DNA of 63,493 bases, the filler included, from Chiloscyllium plagiosum (Eukaryota), in NCBI RefSeq assembly GCF_004010195.1. It is 3 parts of one record of this genome, joined end to end, with 100 filler letters (N's around TTAATTAATTAA, not from the genome) between each part and the next. Parts side by side here need not be neighbours in the genome. Positions count along the whole stretch, not along the records: positions 1 to 29,443 come from NC_057713.1; 2 more parts are not named here. One strand, given 5' to 3'. This document shows positions 13,709-25,890 of the stretch, piece by piece. Under the pieces are notes generated by a model that was not told the DNA's origin, made no database searches, and worked only from the letters and a program-made list of their open reading frames with translations. Both the position numbers and the translations under genes were made by a program. The first letter of the stretch is position 1. Each line of letters starts with the position of its first letter.

Positions 13709-13944
13709 TCGTTCCACCGTTTGACGTCCGTGGACATAAACACCGTGTACAAACACAGATCTGGTTCTGACGAACGCTGCAGATTAAGTTGGTTACACTG
13801 CGGGTGCCCGAGCAAAGAAGAGCTGCTGCAAGAGATGCTTTTGCTATAGCAACGCGCACAGAGCTCCAATCCCTCTTCCTCATCGTCTTGGGAACCAGAT
13901 GCTGCCTCCACGCGAAGCCCTCTTTGCTGGTTCCCTCGTTTGGA

Positions 13945-13975
13945 TTTGAAATTTGCGCCACTGCGATCTAATTGG
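13945..13975 (-). promoter_or_regulatory. Putative FBXO43 promoter: CCAAT box plus CDE/E2F-like GGCGC, 4-nt spacer, CHR-like TTCAAA
   Basis: Minus strand reads CCAAT..GGCGCAAATTTCAAA within a CpG-rich stretch of about 13.65-14.6 kb. Confidence 0.55.
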
Positions 13976-14852
13976 GCCGTTTGCAAATGCCCGCTAAATC
14001 TGTTGAAACCACCGCCAAATAAAGCGTACACATACACGCGAAGTACCGTCTGTAGAATAGCTAGTGTACAGAGCGCTGAGAGTCAGGTCGTTTAAAATGC
14101 TTAATTGGCTCCATGTACTGTTCAGCATATTTTATTAGTCGATCAGTAGAGTTGCTGCCAGTCTCTTCTCACGCAAAAAAAAAGCCGAGCAACTGCCTTC
14201 AAGGGCAGTGTACAAGTGAAATTTAAAGAGATTTGGTGTGTAAGTGCGTCAGAAATTATGGAAATTTTGCTACTGGTTTCATAAAACGCAAAAAATACAC
14301 AAAGTAGTTTGCGCTCCATATATTTTGTTGATGCGCAAAGTTCTGAGCAGTCATTTGGCATATCAGTGTTGAATTTTAGGATTATTGTTATTTGAACGCG
14401 CTCAGAAGTTTGTCACTGATCCAATTGCTGTTTCGTGTTACATTGTTAACAAGAAGTCAATTTGTTGGATTTCATGTTTTGTTTTGGTGTGGGTAAGTGT
14501 TACCTTGGTGCACCGCATTGACACCAAAATATGCCAAGTTTGTAACAGACAAACGTTTGGTGCTGATGGCCTGCGCACCTGAAAAATACGACTGCAATGT
14601 TGGCTGTTGTTTGTCATGGTGAGAAGAATCGACAGTGAGACAGAGAGATAGCGCAGAACTTTATCATCCGTCCTGTCTCTCCACTAACATGTGCAGGATT
14701 CCTTTGGGAGCAATAGTGCTCCAGAAAGAGTCGGGGTTTCAAGAAGTGCTTTGGATTCTGTATATTGTGTACTCCTGTGCACCCATACCTTTTAAAAGTA
14801 GAAAGGGGTACAGTAATATGTAGCAACCATAAAAAAGCAAGGAAGTGGAGGG

Positions 14853-15530
14853 AAAGTGGAGTCGCAGGTAGATAGGATAGTGAAGGCAGCATTTGGTATG
14901 CTTTCCTTTATTGGTCAGAGTATCGAGTACAGGGGTTGGGAGGTCATGTTGCGGCTGTACAGGACATTGGTTAGGCCACTGTTGGAATATTGCATGCAGT
15001 TCTGATCTCCTTCCTATCGGAAGGATGTTGTGAAACTTGAAAGGGTTCAGAAAAGATGTACAAGGATGTTGCCAGGATTGGAGGATTTGAGCTACAGGGA
15101 GAGGCTGAACAGGCTGGGACTGTTTTCCCTGGAGCATCAGAGGCTGAGGGGGTGACCTTATAGAGGTTTACAAAATTATGAGGGGCATGGATAGGTTAAA
15201 TAGACAAAGTCTTTTCTCTGGGGTCAGGGAGTCCAGAACTAGAGGGCATAGGTTTAGGGTGAGAGGGGAAAGATATAAAAGAGACCTAAGGGGCAACTTT
15301 TTCACGTAGAGAGTGGTATGTGTATGGAATGAGCTGCCAGAGGATATGGAGGAAGCTGGTACAATTGCAACATTTAAGAGGCATTTGGATGGGTATATGA
15401 ATAGGAAGGGTTTGGAGGGATATCGTCCGGGTGCTGGCAGGTGGGACTAGATTGAGTTGGGACATCTGGTCAGCATGGACGGGTTGGACTGAAGGGTCTG
15501 ATTCCATGCTGTACATCTCTATGACTCTAT
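14853..15530 (+). mobile_element. CR1 LINE 3' fragment (well preserved)
   Basis: Highly similar to other CR1 3' ends; ends CTCTATGACTCTATG. Confidence 0.93.
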
Positions 15531-18500
15531 GAAATGAATTTGTGTGTAATATTTCTGGGTGGGTGGGTGGGCTGCTGCACACTAGAGAGTCAAGTGACAT
15601 ATAGAAGGAACAAAATAATCCCATTATTTTGTATAAGGCAGCAGGAAAAGAATCAAATAAATGTTCTTCCTTTCCATAAAATGAATACATGTAGAACTTT
15701 CCACTTACTGAAGTGTCATGTGTTATGGCCCATTTTGTAATCAGAATTGGTATCAAAAATCATTGAGGTCCCACAGTTAAACTGGAGCCAAGAAAACTAT
15801 TGTAGAGTTTAAAAGTCCCCAGAGGAGGAACACTCTCTCTCAACACCAATTGCTAGTTTGTTTCAGAGCATTATGATAAAGCAAATTAATATGTGGCTGA
15901 AAAAATGTTAAGCAGAGTGTCTTAGATTTCTGGTGCATTGGGATCAACTCTGATGCAGTCAGGAGTTGACAAAGATGGACAGGACGGAAACCAATGTTCT
16001 CACAGGAGTTGAAAGGGTTTAAAGCTGAAAAGGTTTCAGTTAATACCAGGATGAAAATTGGAGGGATAAAATGCTGCGAGAATTAGGAGAGACAAATAAC
16101 ATTATAATGAAGACTAGTAAAAATAAAAGGGAACCAAATAGAGAAATGCAAAATAGGCAAAGAGGCATGCATCTAAATCCAGTGTTAGAAACAAAATCGG
16201 TGAGTTGGAGGTTCGTCGAATTAAGTGATAACTCCAACAATGTACATCTAGTTCAAAACAAGGGAGGGTTGAGAACTTGTATCCTTGGCTACAAGTTATA
16301 CAGAAAAGAGTTCAACATTTCATACTTGTAAACCAAGGCTTTCTTTCTTGCTTTGTAATGGAGTTTCCCTAATGGCGCAACTTTATATTGAAAAACATAA
16401 CTAAACATGTAGGATTAAAACAAGATTCTAGAGCAGGAAAAAATATTTCACCAGTATCAAAATCAAACTCATACAAAGTTTGAAGTAAAAAATCACCAGG
16501 AGAAAAATATCTACATAGCATTGGGTAGAATGACCACACATGCTATTGAAAGTTCTCTTAATTTACGGTCACAGTTTGTTTGCATTCCAACACTCATACT
16601 GTCACAAGACTCAGAATCACGAGGAACAGCTCTCTGAACAATGGTAGTATTCGCAACCAAATACACCATAAACATGATCCTCCCAAGCTCCAATTCATCC
16701 AAAACTTTAGACGGCCTGCACCTAATTTCGTCTCATATCATCCCTTTCCCTACTATGCTTGTCCAATAGCTTTTAAAATCCACATTATGTAAATAGTTTA
16801 AACCTTTTTTCCTTCAGTATCAGGTTCTAGCTACAGCAAAAAAATTGTATATTCTTACCTCCATCTTTCTTAAAATATCAATGCAAATTTATTTTGTTCA
16901 GACCCTTCACCCTCCACTTTAGATTCTTCCTCAATTTTTTTTTTGTTTTTGTTTTTTGTGGAAAATATGCAAGAGCAGCATTTGTTGCTCATCACTATCT
17001 ACTTTTGAATTGAATGACATGCTGACTCAAGTTCGAGTGTATTTAACATCAGCTGTATCACAGATCTGGGGCCACACGTAGGCCACACAGGGAAAGGAAG
17101 GCAGATTTATTTCCGTAAATGACATTAGAGAACCAGATAGGTTATTACAGCAAACTGAAACATAGAGTTCTATGATTCAATAATTGCAGAAACTAGATTT
17201 TAATTCCAGCTTTGTATTGAACTTTTATTCTAATTTGAGCACATGTATACAGAACATTAGTAGCTTCTGGATAACTGGTCCAGCAACATGATCATTGCAA
17301 TACCTTGCCCCCTTGAGTAAATTACGGGGTAAATCTAACTCTTGAAATTTTCTTCCACATTTCATTTGCTTTGAAGAAAATAAAGATTTGCTTACATCGG
17401 CCCCATCTCTATCAAATTGATTCTGACCCTTTTCATTACTTCTCTAATCCTCTGTTAATTAAGCCTGGTTTTCCTTTGATTCTCATTAATTGCGATGAAA
17501 GTATCACTTCATTTGAATACATTTTATATTCTTAACATGACCTGGTCACGGTAACCTTTCTATATTTAATTTTGTCACATTCCTGAATGTCAAATTCATA
17601 TGGATTTTTATTGAGTCTAGAATGCTCATTTTTAAGTCATCTTGTCATTGGTTTCAGTGTAGAAGTGGAAACCAATTCATCTGCAGCAAAAAATTGAATT
17701 ATTTGCCACACTCCATTTACAGTATTAAAAGCAAGCAATATAAAAAATGTTGAAGGTACTCAGTAGGCCTGCCAGCATTTGTAGACAGAAAAGCAGTTAA
17801 CTTTCATTTCTATGACCTTTCATCTCAATATACTTTATTTAAAATAGAGTGCAATGTGAAAAGTTGTTATACATGGTAAAAGTTTGTGTGGTTGGGGTAA
17901 CATATAAAATGGATGGAAAATTGGATAAAGGAGGGAAAACGGCAGGAATAAACAGGTTATTATCAGGTTGTTACTAGTTTGTTGCTGCAAGAATCAATCA
18001 ATCAATTGGTATCAGCTGATTACAACCTGGAATAATAACTGGAAGAAGGAAACCAAGTGTAATGTATTCAAGTTGTTGAAGATACAAAGCTAATTGGAAA
18101 AATTGGAGGACAGGCTTTGAGTGATTTGTAAGTAAATTCAAAGCTGAGATTGATAGATTACTTGGATGTAAGATAGTCAAGGCAAATGGGGAAATTGGTG
18201 AGAAAAGGGGAGTTAAATTTGAAGATTAGTTGTGACCTTGCTGAACAGTGTAGCAGACTTGAGGAGTCATACAGCCCTTTCCTGCTACTATTTCTTTTAT
18301 ATTAACTCTCAATTGTGTTAAATCACATCTACCAGCTACTTATCCACACAATCTTCCAGTAAACACTCTTAAGACAACATGAAACACCCTCATATAGAAA
18401 ACCAAGAGTGAAAGCGCCAACATTGATCAATGTGCAACATCTGTCATCACATCTTTGCAGTCTGAAAATACCAATAAAATCTTTTTTAAAAATTTCTACC

Positions 18501-18844
18501 CTTTGGTTACTGCCCTCCATTGTCTATCATTTTCCTAATGCACAAAATACCAATTGATGGAAAGCAACTTGAATACCTTTGTTAACAGGTAGCTATAGTT
18601 CTACTGAAAATTTCATGTTTTGATTTTTTTTGTCCCCACATCACTTTCAATTGCAGTTGCCATCCAGTTTGCTAGAAACCATTACAAATTCATTTGTGCT
18701 CATTAAAAGTTACTTTGCTTCAACTTTAAAATCCAGAGCTTTTAATATCCTCATCTATGGTGATCCTTCCAAAATTCTAGGTTTTTTAACCTTGATGCAA
18801 GTGGGAGAAAATATTCTGAACAAGAGAGTCACTGGAAATGAAAC

Positions 18845-21750
18845 AGAACATAGAAAATAGATGCAGGAATAGGCTATTCGGCTTGAGCTGCACAACCATT
18901 CAATATGATCACGATTGATCGTGCAATTTTGGTATCCCATTCCAGCTTTCTCTACATACCCCTTTATCCACTTAGCCATAAGGGCCACTTCCAGTTTCCT
19001 CTTGAATATATCTAATAAACTAGCCCTAATAGCTTCCTATTGGAGAGAATTCCACAGGTTCACAACTCTGATTGAAGAAATTCCTCATTTCAGTCCTGAA
19101 TGGCTTACCCCTTATTGTGACCACTGATTCTGGACTTTCTTAACATTGGGAACATTCTTTCCATATCGAGCTTGTCCAGTCCCATCAGGATTTTATATAT
19201 TTCTATCAGATCCCCACATATTCTTCAACATTCCAATGAAGACAAGCCCAGTTGATCCAGTTTTTCTTCATATGTCAGTCCTGCCATCCCAGAAATCAGT
19301 CTGGTGAACCTTTGCTGGACTCCCTCAATAGCAAGAATGTCCTTCCTCAGTTAGGAGACCAAACCTGCACACAATACTCAAGATGTACTGATCAGGTGTA
19401 CCCTAGACCTCTGTGGGAAGCTAGAGAAGTGATTGCTGGGCCTCTTGCGGAGATATTTGTATCATCAATACTCACAGGTGAGGTGCCAGAAAACTGGAGG
19501 TTGGCTAATGTGGTGCCGCTCTTTAGTAAGGTTAGTAAGGACAAGCCAGGGAACTATAGACCAGTGAGCCTGACCTCAGTGGTGGGCAAGTTGTTGGAGG
19601 GAATCGTGAGGGACAGGATGTACATTTATTTGGAAAGGCAAGGACTGATTAGGGATGGTCAACATGGCTTTGTGCTTGGGAAATCATGTCTCACAAACTT
19701 GATTGAGTTTTTTAAAGAAGTGACAAAGAGGATTGATGAGGGCAGAGCGGTAGATGTGATCTATATGGACTTCAGTAAGGCGTTCAACAAGATTCCCCAT
19801 GGGAGACTGATTAGCAAGGTTAGATCTCACGGAATACAGGGAGAATCAGCCATTTGGATACAGAACTGGCTCAAAGGTAGAAGACAGAGGGTGGTGGTGG
19901 AGGGTTGTTTTTCAGACTGGAGGCCTGTGACCAGTAGAGTGCCACAAGGATCGGTGCTGGGCCCTCTACTTTTTGTCATTTACATCAATGATTTGATGCG
20001 AGCATAAGAGGTACAGTTAGTAAGTTTGCAGATGAGACCAAAATTGGAGGTGTAGTGGACAGCGAAGAGGGTTACCTCAGATTACAACAGGATCTGGACC
20101 AGATGGGCTGAGAAGTGGCAGATGGAGTTTAATTTAGATAATTAAGGACAAAAGGGTAACTAGGAGAGAATAGGGCCCCTCAAAGATCAGCAAGGCAGCC
20201 TTTGTATGGAGCATCAGAAAATGGGGGAGATACTAAATGAATATTTTGCATCAGTATTTACTACGGAAAAGGATATGGAAGATATAGACTATAGGGAAAT
20301 TGATAGTGACATCTTGCAAAATGTCCAGATTACAGAGGAGGAAGTGCTGGATGTCTTGAAATGGTTAAAGATGGATAAATCCCCAGGACCTGATCAGGTG
20401 TACCCAAGAACTCTGTGGGAAGCTAGAGAAGTGATTGCGAGCATAAGAGGTGCAGTTAGTAAGTTTGCAGATGTCCACAAAATTGGAGGTGTAGTGTACA
20501 GTGAAGAGGGTTACCTCAGATTACAACAGGATCTGGACCAGATGGGCCAATGCGCTGAGATGTGGCAGATGGAGTTTAATTCAGATAAATGCGAGGTGTG
20601 CATTTTGGGAAAGCAAATCTTAGCAGGACTTATACACTTAATGGTAAGGTCCTATTGAGTGTTGCTGAACAAAGAGACCTCGGAATGCAGGTTCATAGGT
20701 CCTTGAAAGTGGAGTCGCAGGTAGATAGGATTGTGAAGGTGGCATTTGGTATGCTTTCCTTTATTGGTGAGAGCATTGAATACAGGAGTTGGGAGGTCAT
20801 GTTGCGGCTGTACAAGACATTGGTTAGGCCACTGTTGGAATATTGCGTGCAATTCTGGTCTCCTTCCTATCGGAAAGATGTTGTGAAACTTGAAATGGTT
20901 CAGAAAAGATTTACAAGGATGTTGCTAGGGTTGGAGGATCTGAGCTATAGGGAGAGGCTGAACCGGCTGGGGCTGTTTTCCCTGGAGCGTCGGAGGCTGA
21001 GGGGTGACCTTATATAGGTTTACAAAATTATGAGGGGCATGGATAGGATAAATAGACAAAGTCTTTTCCCTGGGGTCGGGGAGTCTGGAACTAGAGTGCA
21101 TAGGTTTAGCGTGAGAGGGGAAAGATATAAAAGAGACCTCAGGGGCAACGTTTTCACACAGAGGGTGGTACATGTATGGAATGAGCTGCCAGAGGATGTG
21201 GTGGGCGACTGGTACAATTGCAACATTTAAGAGGCATTTGGATGGGCATATGAATAGGAAGGGTTTGGAGGGATATGGCCAGATGCTGGCAGGTGAGACT
21301 AGATTGGGTTGAGATATCTGGTCAGCATGGACGGGTTGGACCGAAGGGTCCGTTTCCGTGCTGTACATCTCTGACTCTCTATTTGGCTTCAACAAGGAGC
21401 TGTACAACTGCAGCAAGATATCTTTACTTGGATACTCAAAGATTCTCGCTACGAAAGCCAGGATGTTATTAGCTTTCGTCACTGCCTGCTGCACCTGCAA
21501 GCCAATCTTCGGTGACTGTTCCACCATGCCACCCAGGTCTCATTGCACCTCACCTTTTCCTAAACTGTCATTCAGATAATTTCCCTAGTGTTTTTGTGAC
21601 CAAAGTGCATAACCTTATATGTATTCACATTATATTGCATTTTCCAAGTATTTGCCCACTTAGCCAGTCTATCCAAGTCATCCTCAAGACGCTTAGCATT
21701 CTCTTCACAGCACACAACACCCAGTTTAGCGTCATCTGCAAATTCAGAGA
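18845..21750 (-). mobile_element. Older CR1 LINE of a second family, interrupted by a plus-strand CR1 (19386-21380) and a Penelope insertion (21751-23471)
   Basis: Minus-strand CR1 tail at 18845-19385 continues at 21381-21750 (QVQQAVTKANNILAF, FADD) and resumes briefly after 23472. Confidence 0.8.
19386..21380 (+). mobile_element. Rearranged CR1/HER1 LINE (RT to 3' end)
   Basis: ORFs 19252-20007, 20206-20658 and 20589-21017 with [26 protein letters not shown] and YCVQFWSP; 3' tail present. Confidence 0.93.
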
Positions 21751-22548
21751 CTCAACAACAACCACAGGGACGCCAAGACAGCAGACTTCCTAGCAGCACT
21801 AGAATGCACACTCAGGAACAATGGACTGACAAAAGAGACACAACAAACAGTGAGACAAAGTATCGTACCCCTGATAACAAGGAAAAGACAAACACATAAT
21901 CTCAACACCAAGGAGAGGGAAGCACTAAAATCACTACGAAATGATAAGAACATAATCATACTACCAGCAGACAAAGGCAGAATGACGGTCATCCTGGACA
22001 AAGCAGAGTACATCCAAAAAATGCAACAACTACTTGCAGATACCAACACCTACCAAAAGAGGGAGTTTGACCCCACCCCACAGCTCACCAATAGGATAAA
22101 CAACACACTGAGGAACCCACAAAAAAACGGACAGATAACCAGGTCGGACCTACAAAGAATGAAACCTGAAAGCAACAACACCCCCAGATTCTATGGACTA
22201 CCTAAAGTGCACAAACCAGACATCCCACTCAGACCCATAGTATCACCACCAGGGACACCATCACACAAACTGGCCAAAGAACTACAGCAGAAACTGAGAC
22301 ACCTGATCAGCGGATCCAGACAATCTATACAATCAACACAGGAATTCTTGATCATCATTAGAAATATAAACATAGACAAGGAAGAAACCATGTTCTCATT
22401 CGACGTAACGGCACTGTTCACCTCTATTGACAAAACCCTAGCCAGAGAAACAATAGCCAACCTGCTGAACAGACATAACAGACAACAGGACGTTGAACCC
22501 ATCAACAAAGACGGCATACTTAAACTACTGGACCTGTGCCTCACAACA

Positions 22549-23173
22549 NNNNNNNNNNNNNNNNNNNNNNNNNNNNNNNNNNNNNNNNNNNNNNNNNNNN
22601 NNNNNNNNNNNNNNNNNNNNNNNNNNNNNNNNNNNNNNNNNNNNNNNNNNNNNNNNNNNNNNNNNNNNNNNNNNNNNNNNNNNNNNNNNNNNNNNNNNNN
22701 NNNNNNNNNNNNNNNNNNNNNNNNNNNNNNNNNNNNNNNNNNNNNNNNNNNNNNNNNNNNNNNNNNNNNNNNNNNNNNNNNNNNNNNNNNNNNNNNNNNN
22801 NNNNNNNNNNNNNNNNNNNNNNNNNNNNNNNNNNNNNNNNNNNNNNNNNNNNNNNNNNNNNNNNNNNNNNNNNNNNNNNNNNNNNNNNNNNNNNNNNNNN
22901 NNNNNNNNNNNNNNNNNNNNNNNNNNNNNNNNNNNNNNNNNNNNNNNNNNNNNNNNNNNNNNNNNNNNNNNNNNNNNNNNNNNNNNNNNNNNNNNNNNNN
23001 NNNNNNNNNNNNNNNNNNNNNNNNNNNNNNNNNNNNNNNNNNNNNNNNNNNNNNNNNNNNNNNNNNNNNNNNNNNNNNNNNNNNNNNNNNNNNNNNNNNN
23101 NNNNNNNNNNNNNNNNNNNNNNNNNNNNNNNNNNNNNNNNNNNNNNNNNNNNNNNNNNNNNNNNNNNNNNNNN
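22549..23173. other. Assembly gap (625 N)
   Basis: Run of N. Confidence 1.
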
Positions 23174-23357
23174 GCTTGCCCTGTAATGGTAGTGTTGTCC
23201 CAGTCAAATTCATGTTGTTTGTCGTCTGCGTGTGTGGCTACTAGGATATACCGGCCACTACAGCGGACAGCTGAAACTGACAACCGGAAGCGGCAGGGAC
23301 AGGCCACTATAAATGCCGGAGGAAACACCACAGAAGCGCTTCACAGGAGGCTCCCAA

Positions 23358-23397
23358 GCACTGAGGATGTCACCTAGACAGGGGACGAAACATTTGC
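23358..23397 (+). ncRNA. Degenerate minimal type I hammerhead motif in PLE 3' end
   Basis: GCA-CTGAGGA-T-GTCACCT-AGAC-AGGGGAC-GAAAC-ATT-TGC; helix III/cleavage triplet is mutated. Confidence 0.55.
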
Positions 23398-25754
23398 AAC
23401 AAAAACTTCCAGCTCGGCGAACAGAACCACAGCAACGAGCACCCGAGCTACAAATCTTCTCACAAGCTTTGAAATTCAGAGATATTGCATTCAATTCCTT
23501 TGTTCAAATTGTTAATATTTGATTTCTCTGCACAGATGCTACCAGACCTGCTGTGCTTTTCCAGCGATTTGTGGTTTTGTTTCTGATTGCCAACATCTGC
23601 AGTTATATCTATTTTCATTTGGAGAAAATATTCATAGCTATCCTCCAATTCTGGTATTTTGGTACGAAAAACGTGCTTGAATCGCAATATCCCATTATAT
23701 TTAGTTTAAAAAATGAATTACCAACATACAATTAGTGAATCAGTAGATTTCCATGTAAATACTTATGAATATTGAAAACCTCTAAGATTAAAAATGTTTT
23801 TTCAAGGTATTTTCTGATTTTAACATGCAGTAACTTTCACCACTGGAATTTTGTAAATGTCCCTCTTGAAAATAAACTGCTCAAACAAGTGTGAAAAATG
23901 CTCACATATCCCAGGGAAACGTCTTTGATAACTGCCTTGTAATAAAGCTGCAGAAAATAAAAAAGATACTGCAAATCTGCACTTAACTCCAGGAACACAT
24001 TCCTTAGTTTGCATTCCCCTCAAACTACACCATTATATCCCAGTAGAGCATCTTTGCATCAAGCCTATAGCTGGTTTAGACATACATCTTTGAGGCCTCC
24101 AATGGAGCTGCTTTGGAATACTCTACAAAAAAGGTTCAATTTAGCAGGCAGTAAAATCATGCTTTAAGGTGCTCAAGTCAAAATGAATATATAGACAAAA
24201 TAAAATATTCTTTTAATAGGGTTCAGTAGTTTGAACAAAAAATGCTAACTCCTCAACTTTTCCTTACATATAACTGTACACACAATTAAAGTTTCTAGCT
24301 GGTACCTACAAGGTTTCAGCATTCTCCTTTTCTAAACTTGGTAGAGGCTTGCTGGGATATAGTTTATAAGCACTGACACCCCTACAAATATTTCACTTTC
24401 ACTCACTTGCCAAAACACATGTACAATAGTGAACTAGCCAAGATCATACAGACTACCAGTGAAACATATAATCCAACATTTTGAACTGCAGATCTCTTTG
24501 GTATCTAGTGAAATTTCGTTGAATCAAAATTGCTGTTTATGGATACATAAGTATACTGATCTTTTTTCTGGAAAAAGACATATATAAAACTTAAAGTCAG
24601 AGATCATTATAATGGACCTGTGCAAAAGATTCCTTCAAGCATCCAACTTCATATCAGCATACATCAATGACAGTCAAAAGGAAATTTACTTTTGAGATCC
24701 AAATGCAAAGGTTTGAAACTATGATCAGAATTATTCAAATAAGAAAATATGATTACAAACAAATGCTTCATTGGAACATGTTGAAATGAAGTCAAGCAAC
24801 GTACAATGGGATTAAAATGTTGATGTTTAGAGGGGTTTGGGAAAGAGACAATCGGTCTGAATCCTTTAAGTATTTTGTTATTCAATTAAAATATATTACT
24901 GTAAATATTTATCCTAAGCTATTACCAACGCTGCTCTTTGTAATTCGCATCATCTGTACCAAAACAACAATTCACACAGCCATAATTCAGCATTTGACAA
25001 AATGATTAATAGTAATTATGATGCTAGAGTCTGAATGTGGATGTAGTTCTTCCTAAATTTGGTCAGGTCAAATTGAATATTCCCATGTGAACGTGCCCCA
25101 AAACCCACAAATGTTTGCTTGCATCACGTACAATGTAGAGTCTCTCGTTACAGGATGTTTACTAGTTTTGGTGCAAACCCGTGGTTTCAAGCATCATCTC
25201 CTCCTCCTCCTCCTCCTCTCCCCACACAAAGCTCCATCCCCTCCTCCCGCTCCCCTGACAAAGCTCCATCTGGCCCTCCTCTCCTTCATCACCTGCTCTC
25301 ACATGTGGATCCCCACTCTCCCTCACATATACGACCGTCCTCAGCCCGCTACCCCCAAACCCTAAGAGTTGCAGGAAAGAATTCCTTCGAGCACGCAAAC
25401 GTACACCTTGCTGAAGCGAAGACGGACTCAAAGTTCTTTCGAGTTTGTGGAAACGCCGCGAGGCCCAGTATGGAGTCCAATAGAACAGATACTGGGGGCT
25501 GGACTGGTGGAGACGGACGACTCTCTATTTAAACACAACCTCGTACTTACACAACTGCTACAGGAGAAACTTTCAATCCACCAAGAACCGAGAAAGGGCC
25601 TTCCAGTTAAACGGCACCTACATTGCCGTGTCAGACAACCTACTTTCCCGAAGTTTCTTCTCTCACCGGTCACATCCCCACCCCCCAACCTTCCTCATAA
25701 TCCAGTGCCGCCGCTGACAATCCGCTCCGCTGTTCGAATTTCGTATCCAAAACT

Positions 25755-25890
25755 CTGATTGGTTACTCCGGGTGGCCAATCAGCGGCCGTATTACTGTTC
25801 ACGGCAACCGGAAGTAGTTGGGCAAGCGGCCTGAAAATTTTTTGCTGCGAAGGTTCCTTTTTCAATACGGTTCAGCCGGAGATGGTAGGT
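25755..25890 (+). promoter_or_regulatory. CpG-rich promoter and first exon of an unidentified gene (POLR2K candidate by synteny)
   Basis: Inverted NF-Y pair CTGATTGG/CCAATCAG, X-box-like GTTCACGGCAAC, ETS CCGGAAGT, pyrimidine TCT-like start TTCCTTTTTC, then ATG|GTAGGT donor at 25885. Confidence 0.6.

Larger units (their letters stand above)
21751..23471 (+). mobile_element. Penelope-like retroelement (Poseidon-type RT), internally rearranged, with 11-bp target-site duplication
   Basis: PADKGRMTVIL, PRFYGLPKVHKPDIPLRPIVS and SFDVTALFTSI RT motifs; inverted GIY-YIG piece (HEFDWDNTTITGQA) at 23174-23244; ORF end and 3' UTR at 23247-23471; AAATTCAGAGA at 21740-21750 and 23472-23482. Confidence 0.9.

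Noticed and set aside
22191..23377. Long ORFs spanning the N gap
   Set aside because: Their length comes from X residues; only the flanking Penelope segments are real
18329..24381. Chain of minus-strand exon-like segments (about 24.3, 23.9 and 18.4 kb) as a novel coding gene
   Set aside because: Splice-like signals exist but the joined translation resembles no protein I recognise; chance or a lncRNA cannot be distinguished
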